From positions 1,456-65,455 of the forward strand of contig CACKBQ010000001.1 of NCBI GenBank assembly GCA_902598405.1: a stretch of 64,000 nt of DNA. The letters are read 5' to 3'. Both the position numbers and the translations under genes were made by a program. This stretch comes from an uncultured Pelagibacteraceae bacterium (lineage in GTDB: Bacteria > Pseudomonadota > Alphaproteobacteria > Pelagibacterales > AG-422-B15). Positions 57,302-64,000 of the stretch are shown here, piece after piece (position 1 is the stretch's first letter; each line of letters opens with the position of its first letter). Below the pieces are notes generated by a model. It was not told where the DNA came from and searched no databases. It saw only the letters and a program-made list of their open reading frames with translations.

Positions 57302-57757
57302 CTAAGAAATTCTAAATTTCTTTTTGATTTTCTTTCGTTCTCTTACTTTGCTTAGTGGTTGATAAGCTTGCTTGTGATGAGCTTGACAATAGACAAATCC
57401 TTCATTCGTATTCCTTCCGCAGAACTTAAAATCTATTTCCTCTGGTTCTCCAAGTGGCCACCTACATAAGCCATCCTTAATATCTTGAAATGACGTTGGA
57501 TTCATTGGCTCGTCAATAACAGGTGTGATATCAATTACTTTTTGACTTCTTGATACATTTATTCTTTTTTTTCGTATTATGGATATTCCATTATTCTTGC
57601 TTTTTGAGGCCATCCTGCCTGAAAGACCTAATCTATGTGCTTTACCAATTACCGCATTTCTTGTGACTTCACCTAACTCGGCTGCAATTCTGCTTGCTGT
57701 TAGACCTTCATCCCAAAGCTGTTTGAGCTTCTCAATTCTTTCATATGTCCAGGGCAT
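57302..57757 (-). CDS. gcrA: cell-cycle transcriptional regulator GcrA
   Basis: W..E....L..LW.EG.SAS.IA..LG.V.RNAVIGK.HRLGLSGR is the hallmark GcrA N-terminus, and here it reads MPWTYERIEKLKQLWDEGLTASRIAAELGEVTRNAVIGKAHRLGLSGR. The C-terminal segment reads CRWPLGEP...FCG. Confidence 0.92.
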   Translation of the reverse strand: MPWTYERIEKLKQLWDEGLTASRIAAELGEVTRNAVIGKAHRLGLSGRMASKSKNNGISIIRKKRINVSRSQKVIDITPVIDEPMNPTSFQDIKDGLCRWPLGEPEEIDFKFCGRNTNEGFVYCQAHHKQAYQPLSKVRERKKIKKKFRIS

Positions 57758-57945
57758 AATTTCTCCTTAATAGATGGCAAATGTTACCACTACATTTTGA
57801 TGAAATTCAACATAAATATACTAAATATTGATATTATTACTCAATCTGTGAGTATAAAAATTTATCTATAAATATCAGTTGAATAGAATAATTACTGAAA
57901 TCTAAATATTAATGACATTTTAAGAAATTTAATTAAACAGACGCT

Positions 57946-58713
57946 ATGCAGTACAATCCAATAAGTATTATTACTTTATACAAAAAAGAAGTGCAAAGAT
58001 TTACAAAAATCCCACTTCAGACAATTGTTGCACCTGCAGCAACTAGTTTACTTTTTATGGTAATCTTTACTACAGCGATTGGTTCTGTAAGAACTAATTA
58101 TCCACTAGACAGCTTTAAAAGTTTTCTATTCCCAGGCTTGATAATGATGACCATCATTCAAAATGCCTTTATGAATAATTCTTCTTCTATCTTGATGTCT
58201 AAAGTACAGGGCAATATTGTTGATCTCTTGATGCCGCCTCTTAATAATATTGAAATAATTATAGCTTTTACTTTAGCTGGAATTACCAGGGGCCTAGTTG
58301 TTGCAGTTGCTTGCGCTCTCATGATGTACCCTTTCGCTGATGTTAGTATTTATAATATCTATATAATTCTTATTTTTGCTATAATAGCTTCAGCAATCAT
58401 GTCTTTAATTGGAACTATTTCAGGAATATGGGCTGAAAAATGGGATCATCTTGGAACGGTAGGCAACTTTGTAATCGTTCCCTTGTCTTTTCTTTCTGGT
58501 ACATTCTACTCGATAACTGTGTTACCAGGACCCATTCAAACGGCAAGTTTAATAAATCCATTTTTTTATATGATTGATGGTTTTCGTTATGGCTTCTTAG
58601 GTGTAAGTGACTCTTCATACCTTTCAGCTATGTTTATATTATTAGTACTTTTTATATTTCTTATCGCGATAAATTATTTGATGTTAAAATCAGGTTATAA
58701 ATTGAGACCATAA
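57946..58713 (+). CDS. ABC-2 type transporter permease
   Basis: It has 6 TM segments, 255 aa and an ABC-2 membrane-domain pattern. No ATPase gene is adjacent. Confidence 0.75.
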   Translation: MQYNPISIITLYKKEVQRFTKIPLQTIVAPAATSLLFMVIFTTAIGSVRTNYPLDSFKSFLFPGLIMMTIIQNAFMNNSSSILMSKVQGNIVDLLMPPLNNIEIIIAFTLAGITRGLVVAVACALMMYPFADVSIYNIYIILIFAIIASAIMSLIGTISGIWAEKWDHLGTVGNFVIVPLSFLSGTFYSITVLPGPIQTASLINPFFYMIDGFRYGFLGVSDSSYLSAMFILLVLFIFLIAINYLMLKSGYKLRP

Positions 58714-58714
58714 A

Positions 58715-59881
58715 ATGACCAATGTTCTTCCAACATACCCAAGATCAAACTTAGAATTTACCCATGGAGTTGGTAGCTATTTATATACAAAATCAGGGGA
58801 GAAGTTTTTAGATTTTGGTACAGGAATAGCAGTTAATTCCCTAGGTTATTCAAATCCATATCTAAACGATAAATTAAAAGAACAAATTGATAAATTATGG
58901 CATTTATCAAATGTATATCAGATACCAGAACAAGAAAAACTTGCGCAAAGATTATGTGATAATTCTTTCGCAGATTATGCATTCTTTTGTAATTCAGGTA
59001 CTGAAGCTATTGAGGCAAGCATAAAAATTGCTAGAAGATATTTTCATAGTTCAGAAAATTGGTCACATAAAACAGAAATCTTAAGTTTTTCAGGTTCATT
59101 TCATGGCAGAACAATAGGGGCACTTGCGGCGGGAGGTCCAGACAAGCTCAGCTCTTTTAATACAACAGTAAATGACTTTAAATATCTTGAATTTGGTGAT
59201 CATGAGCAGCTTCAAAAATCAATAAGTGAAAAAACCGCTGCAGTAATTATTGAACCAATACAAGGTGAGGGCGGTATAAGAGAAGTTCCTAAGCAATGCC
59301 TTGAGGGATTAAGGAAAATTTGTGATGAAAATAACTGCCTTCTAATCTTTGATGAAGTGCAATGCGGCATGGGTAGAACAGGAAAATTATTTGCATATGA
59401 ATGGTCTGAAGTAAATCCAGATATTATGACAATAGCAAAAGCTATTGGAAATGGTTTTCCATTAGGTGCATGCCTGACATCAAAAAAAGTTGGTGAAAAA
59501 ATGGATTTTGGTTCTCATGGTTCAACTTTCGGAGGTAATCCACTTGCTTGTACAGTCGGAAACGCTGTTTTGGATATAATGCTAAAAGACAAATTTTTTA
59601 GTGAAATTAATGTTGTTGCAAAAAAACTCTATGAAGGACTTCAAAACGTGATTAACGATTTTCCAAGCGTCATTGAAAATATCAGAGGAAGAGGATTTAT
59701 TTTAGGGCTAAAGTGTAAAGTTGAAAATGATAAGTTTGTTAATCTAGCAAGAGAAAAACATATTCTAACCGTAAAAGCGTCAGACAATGTTGTAAGACTT
59801 TTACCTCCAATAAATCTGACCTTAACTGAATGCGATGAAGCATTAGATAAAATAAGAGCTACTTGTAGCGAGTTAAAATAA
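58715..59881 (+). CDS. argD: acetylornithine (possibly also succinyl-DAP) aminotransferase
   Basis: It is a class III aminotransferase with the motifs SGTEAIE, DEVQCGMGRTG, and the PLP lysine in TIAKAIGNG. Confidence 0.92.
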   Translation: MTNVLPTYPRSNLEFTHGVGSYLYTKSGEKFLDFGTGIAVNSLGYSNPYLNDKLKEQIDKLWHLSNVYQIPEQEKLAQRLCDNSFADYAFFCNSGTEAIEASIKIARRYFHSSENWSHKTEILSFSGSFHGRTIGALAAGGPDKLSSFNTTVNDFKYLEFGDHEQLQKSISEKTAAVIIEPIQGEGGIREVPKQCLEGLRKICDENNCLLIFDEVQCGMGRTGKLFAYEWSEVNPDIMTIAKAIGNGFPLGACLTSKKVGEKMDFGSHGSTFGGNPLACTVGNAVLDIMLKDKFFSEINVVAKKLYEGLQNVINDFPSVIENIRGRGFILGLKCKVENDKFVNLAREKHILTVKASDNVVRLLPPINLTLTECDEALDKIRATCSELK

Positions 59882-60789
59882 TGAAAAATTTTATAGATAT
59901 AAAAGATCTCTCAAAGAGTGAATTAATTAGCTTATTAGATAATGCCATACAAAATAAGAGGTCTAAAACAACAATACAAAATTATCTGAACGGTAAAAAT
60001 CTAGTATTATTTTTTGAAAAAAAATCGACCAGAACAAGGCTGTCATTTGATATTGCAATAAAACAATTAGGTGGCTTCACAACAATTTTAAATAAGGAAG
60101 ATATTCACCTAGGTAACGATAAAGAAAGCGTAAGTGATACTATTAATACTTTTGGGCTATATGCTGATGGACTTATTCTTAGGGTTAACGATCATAAAAC
60201 GATAATGAGTGCTTCGAAATTATCTAATTTACCTGTGATAAATGCGCTTTCTAACCTATCACATCCTTGCCAGTGCCTAGCTGGACTGATGACGTTGTTG
60301 GAGGAGAGGGGTAGTTTAAAAAAATTGAATCTTGTTTGGATAGGACCTATTACAAATGTGGCAAATTCTTGGATTGAGGCTTTTAAAAAAGATTTAGGCT
60401 TCTCACTCAATATTTTTTGCCCAGAGGCATGGTTTGAAAAGTATAAAGAAAAAATGAAGGAATACGATATTTCAACTGATGTAGATGATATTGTACACCA
60501 TCGAATAAATGATCAAATTCTTGCTCAAGCTGACGCTGTTATAACGGATACCTGGAAATCAATGGGAGAGAATATAGAGAAACAGGATTATGATTTAATA
60601 AAAGAATTCAGAGTTACCCAAAAAGTTATGAATAAGGCTAAATCGGATAGTATTTTTATGCACTGTCTTCCAGCAAACAGAAATGAGGAAGTTGAGGCAA
60701 GTGTAATAGATGGAAATAATTCAAGGGTTTGGCAAGAAGCGAGCAATAGACTTTTTATTCAAAAAGAAATTTTAAAAGAAATATTTTGA
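59881..60789 (+). CDS. argF: ornithine carbamoyltransferase
   Basis: It has STRTR (carbamoyl-phosphate binding), HPCQ and HCLP motifs. Confidence 0.93.
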   Translation: MKNFIDIKDLSKSELISLLDNAIQNKRSKTTIQNYLNGKNLVLFFEKKSTRTRLSFDIAIKQLGGFTTILNKEDIHLGNDKESVSDTINTFGLYADGLILRVNDHKTIMSASKLSNLPVINALSNLSHPCQCLAGLMTLLEERGSLKKLNLVWIGPITNVANSWIEAFKKDLGFSLNIFCPEAWFEKYKEKMKEYDISTDVDDIVHHRINDQILAQADAVITDTWKSMGENIEKQDYDLIKEFRVTQKVMNKAKSDSIFMHCLPANRNEEVEASVIDGNNSRVWQEASNRLFIQKEILKEIF

Positions 60790-62241
60790 TTATTTCTTCC
60801 AAAAAGCAGGGTGAAAGATAACTAATACAGTTAATATTTCTAATCTCCCCAACAACATTGAGAATATAAGTATCCACTTAGCAGAATCAGATACAGCATA
60901 AAAAGAATTTTCTGGACCTATTGTGGCTCCAAGACCTGGCCCAACATTAGCAAGAGAAGTTGCAGCTGCTGATAATGAAGTTACAAAGTCCAGCTCAGTC
61001 ATTGATAAAAGTAGAGTAATAGTGATGAAACTGAGTATGAATATAAAAAAGAAACTCATAACTGAAGATGTTACCTCATCCTGAATCTTTCTATGATTAT
61101 AGTGTGGAACAAATACACCGTGAGGATGTAAGAGCTTTTGAATCTGCATTTTTAAAGTTTCAAATAATATCTGAAATCTGAATACTTTGATTCCACAAGT
61201 TGTCGAACCAGCGCACCCACCAACAAACATTCCAAAAAAAAGTAAGTAAATTGGAAATGGTCCCCACAAATTATAATTATCGGAGGTATAACCTGTACCA
61301 GTTATAATTGAGACAACATTAAATGCGCCATGCCTTAAAGACTGTTCAAAATTTTTAAGATCAAATATCCATAAGTAAGAAATTACTAATAAAGAGCTTA
61401 CAAGAATTATGATTAAAAAAGTTTTTATTTGGGTATCTCTAAAAAAACTTTTGATGCCATTACGTGTAACCTCAAGATATATTAAAATTGGAAGGCTACT
61501 TAATATCATAAATAAGATTGCAATATATTCTGTTGATCGACTATTAAAGCTTGCGAAGGAGTCATTCCTTGTTGAAAAACCACCAGTAGCTATCGTTGTC
61601 ATTGAATGAACTAAAGACTCGAAAAGCCTCATACCGCTTAACCAGTAAGATATGAAACAAAGAGCTGTTAATGAAATGTATATTATGATTACTGCAAAAG
61701 AGACCTGAGCAGTTCTTGGTAAGATTTTTTCTGTTGTATCTGATGACTCTGTTCTGAAGACCTGCATGCCTCCGACTTGCAATACGGGAAGTATACTAAT
61801 AGCCATTACTATTATGCCAACTCCTCCAATCCACTGAAGAAGTCCTCTCCAAAGTAGTATACCTTCAGGCATAGACTTAATATTACTTAGAATTGTTGAT
61901 CCTGTTGTAGTAATGCCTGACATGGACTCAAAAATTGAGTCTGTGAAACTAATATTAAGGTTTGCTAAAAAGAAAGGCAGGGAACCAAAAATACAAATAA
62001 AAACCCAGGATAATGTAGTAATTAAAAATGCATCTTGGGTCTGGATTTTATTTTCTGCAGAATTTCTTGTTGAAATAAAAAAGGTAATACCAAATCCCAG
62101 AGTAATTATTGAACTTATTAAAAATGATTGCCATGTTTTGTTGCTAAATGCTAAGTCCAGAAATGCTGGTATTAATAATATAAAACTTAACGCAATCAAC
62201 AAATAACCTAATACATTAAGTATTATTTTAAAATTTATCAT
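60790..62241 (-). CDS. trkH: TrkH/KtrB-family potassium uptake protein
   Basis: It has four MPM repeats with GTTG/GFST-type selectivity sequences (TTTGST, ATGGFST, TGTGYT). 483 aa. Confidence 0.9.
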   Translation of the reverse strand: MINFKIILNVLGYLLIALSFILLIPAFLDLAFSNKTWQSFLISSIITLGFGITFFISTRNSAENKIQTQDAFLITTLSWVFICIFGSLPFFLANLNISFTDSIFESMSGITTTGSTILSNIKSMPEGILLWRGLLQWIGGVGIIVMAISILPVLQVGGMQVFRTESSDTTEKILPRTAQVSFAVIIIYISLTALCFISYWLSGMRLFESLVHSMTTIATGGFSTRNDSFASFNSRSTEYIAILFMILSSLPILIYLEVTRNGIKSFFRDTQIKTFLIIILVSSLLVISYLWIFDLKNFEQSLRHGAFNVVSIITGTGYTSDNYNLWGPFPIYLLFFGMFVGGCAGSTTCGIKVFRFQILFETLKMQIQKLLHPHGVFVPHYNHRKIQDEVTSSVMSFFFIFILSFITITLLLSMTELDFVTSLSAAATSLANVGPGLGATIGPENSFYAVSDSAKWILIFSMLLGRLEILTVLVIFHPAFWKK

Positions 62242-62251
62242 TCTTAAGATT

Positions 62252-62857
62252 TTAATTTTTTTTGAGAATTGATCCTTGGTTGATCATGCTGTAGAACTCT
62301 CTTCTTGTAGACGCATCAGTTCTAAACTTACCTAATAATTGACTAGTAACCATTGAAATACCTGGTGTGCCAACGCCTCGTGTAGTCATACATTGATGTT
62401 GCGCCTCAATAACCACGGCAACACCTTTTGGCTTTAAGACTTTTTGTATGCAATTTGCAATTTGTGCAGTGAGCTTTTCTTGGATCTGCATTCTTTTCAT
62501 ATATATCCTAGTAATTCGAGCAAGTTTACTAATACCAACTACTCTTTTATTTGGAAGGTATGCGACATGTGCTGAGCCAATGAATGGTGCAATGTGGTGT
62601 TCGCAGTGAGACTCAATTCTAATGTCTCGTAGCATTATAATTTCGTCGTATCCCTCAAGTTCATCGAAAGTTTTTTTTAATACTTCCTCTGGATCTTCAT
62701 TATAACCTGCAAACCAGTCCTCGTATGCTTTAACGACTCTTTTTGGTGTTTCAAGCACTCCTGGCCGTTTAACATCCTCACCCACGAACGCCATAAGAGT
62801 TTTAACAGCATCTTCTGCTTGTTGCCTTGTTGGTTTAACTATTTTTCTTTTTTTCAT
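62252..62857 (-). CDS. folE: GTP cyclohydrolase I
   Basis: It has [10 protein letters not shown] and the QERLT-like QEKLT motif. 201 aa. Confidence 0.95.
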   Translation of the reverse strand: MKKRKIVKPTRQQAEDAVKTLMAFVGEDVKRPGVLETPKRVVKAYEDWFAGYNEDPEEVLKKTFDELEGYDEIIMLRDIRIESHCEHHIAPFIGSAHVAYLPNKRVVGISKLARITRIYMKRMQIQEKLTAQIANCIQKVLKPKGVAVVIEAQHQCMTTRGVGTPGISMVTSQLLGKFRTDASTRREFYSMINQGSILKKN

Positions 62858-63006
62858 AAATTGCAGAGTGAGTACTATATGAAAAACTATAAAATTTATA
62901 GTTTTATTATTTGATAGATTTATTAATCAGTAAATTTAAATAAATATCATCAAAAAATTGTTTATTTTTCAGCGAATTGTACGATATATATGCTAATGTC
63001 AATATC

Positions 63007-64000
63007 ATGTTACTAAATAGCCATATTAGTGAAAACTCGAAAGCCTGGCCAATTTTGGAAGCTAGAAAGATCATTAATCAAATCCAAAAAAAAAATAAGA
63101 AAAAAATAAGACTTCAAACTGGCTACGGGCCAAGTGGACTTCCACACATAGGTACTTTTGGAGAAGTCGCAAGGACCACCATGGTGCTAAATGCTATAAA
63201 AGCTGTATCTGACTATGAAGTTGAATTGATTGCTTTTTCTGATGATATGGATGGATTAAGAAAAGTTCCTGATAATGTTCCTAATCAGGAAATTTTGGAA
63301 AAAAATTTACACAAACCTCTAACCTCGATTCCAGATCCCTTTGAAACATCAAAGAGTTTTGGAAACCATAACAATGAGATGTTACAAGCATTTCTTGATA
63401 AGTTTGGGTTCAAGTATTCTTTTAAGAGCGCGACAGAGCTTTATAAATCAGGATTCTTCAACGACCAATTAATTAAAGTTTTAAATTCTTATGATGAGAT
63501 TAAAAAAATAATATTACCAACATTAGGAGAAGAAAGAAAAAAAACTTACAGTCCTTTTTTGCCAATTTGCCCAGAAACAGGACACGTACTCGAAGTTGAA
63601 ATTATTTCAATTAATACTGAAAAAAATACGGTTGTGTATCTTCAGAATAATAAGGAAATTGAACAGTCTATTTTAGATGGTAATTGCAAATTACAATGGA
63701 AAGTGGACTGGGCAATGAGGTGGTGTGCTTTAGATATTGATTATGAAATGTATGGTAAAGACTTGATACCAACTTTTCAACTTTCATCAAAAGTATGCCG
63801 TGCATTAGGACATCAACCACCTGAAAATTATTTCTATGAGTTGTTTCTTGATCAAAATGGTGAAAAGATTTCAAAATCAAAGGGTAATGGTTTGAGTATT
63901 GAAGAATGGTTATCTTATGCGCCTAAGGAAACATTAAGCTATTTTATGTACCAAAATCCAAGACGAGCAAAAAAACTATTTCTTGATGTGATCCCCAAAT
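63007..64000 (+). CDS. lysS: class I lysyl-tRNA synthetase, 3'-truncated by the window edge
   Basis: It is not in the track because the ORF runs off the window. My translation from ATG 63007 reads MLLNSHISENSKAWP...GYGPSGLPHIGTFGE (HIGH-type motif) ... GEKISKSKGNG (KMSKS-type motif). This architecture is typical of alphaproteobacterial class I LysRS. Confidence 0.9.
   Translation, partial: MLLNSHISENSKAWPILEARKIINQIQKKNKKKIRLQTGYGPSGLPHIGTFGEVARTTMVLNAIKAVSDYEVELIAFSDDMDGLRKVPDNVPNQEILEKNLHKPLTSIPDPFETSKSFGNHNNEMLQAFLDKFGFKYSFKSATELYKSGFFNDQLIKVLNSYDEIKKIILPTLGEERKKTYSPFLPICPETGHVLEVEIISINTEKNTVVYLQNNKEIEQSILDGNCKLQWKVDWAMRWCALDIDYEMYGKDLIPTFQLSSKVCRALGHQPPENYFYELFLDQNGEKISKSKGNGLSIEEWLSYAPKETLSYFMYQNPRRAKKLFLDVIPK

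Noticed and set aside
57909-57923. CtrA-box-like TTAA-N7-TTAA (TTAATGACATTTTAA) in the gcrA upstream spacer.
   Set aside because: It is attractive because CtrA regulates gcrA in Caulobacter. In DNA this AT-rich, however, TTAA-N7-TTAA is expected by chance roughly once per several hundred to a thousand nt of spacer, and only one copy is present.
62858-63006. Known folate (THF-type) riboswitch or T-box leader in the folE/lysS spacer.
   Set aside because: The spacer is almost pure A/T and has no G/C-supported helices or conserved riboswitch cores that I recognise. Only the AT palindrome, reported separately, stands out.
1-64000. CRISPR arrays, rRNA operons, IS elements or prophage.
   Set aside because: I saw no direct repeat-spacer periodicity, no rRNA-like conserved stretches, and no transposase, integrase, capsid or terminase-like ORFs while reading through the window.

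Overview
This is an AT-rich, very gene-dense chromosomal segment in which many adjacent genes overlap by 1-14 nt or abut. The gene content points to a streamlined alphaproteobacterium: GcrA, class I LysRS, a membrane-anchored CycM-type cytochrome c, succinylase-branch dapD/dapE, and ffs-dnaX-ybaB-recR. Pelagibacterales-like is my guess and cannot be proven from the sequence alone. I support about 70 protein genes, 2 tRNAs (Ser-GGA, Arg-ACG) and one SRP RNA. Several calls are missing from or mis-bounded in the ORF track: rpmH, a class I lysS running off the 3' edge, infC with a non-AUG start, gltB running off the 5' edge, and four over-extended N-termini. I saw no rRNA, CRISPR array, transposase, integrase or phage genes. 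The core blocks are gltB-queG, LPS glycosyltransferases, thrS-infC-rpmI-rplT-pheS-pheT-lepA, kdsB-pheA, ffs-dnaX-ybaB-recR-def-fmt-truA, dapE-dapD-argB-yidC-yidD-rnpA-rpmH, argD-argF, trkH and folE. The least housekeeping-like stretch is about 18.9-36.4 kb, plus 45.6-49.1 kb. The most interesting items are listed here. (1) A GC-rich structured leader with three mutually exclusive hairpins and a terminator sits just upstream of a LysE/RhtB exporter, and two overlapping consensus DnaA boxes lie just upstream of it. (2) A lipoprotein fuses a plastocyanin-like type-1 copper domain to a NosD-like beta-helix, inside a five-gene envelope cluster. (3) A two-cysteine Asp/Glu-racemase-superfamily enzyme is translationally coupled to a stand-alone carboxyltransferase. 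(4) A bona fide-looking ACC deaminase lies directly after tRNA-Ser. (5) A 333-nt intergenic region carrying a repeated AAATAGCT octamer and small ORFs lies upstream of a circularly-permuted-ATP-grasp/alpha-E/transglutaminase operon. All functional calls come from motif recognition by eye; no database search was run.
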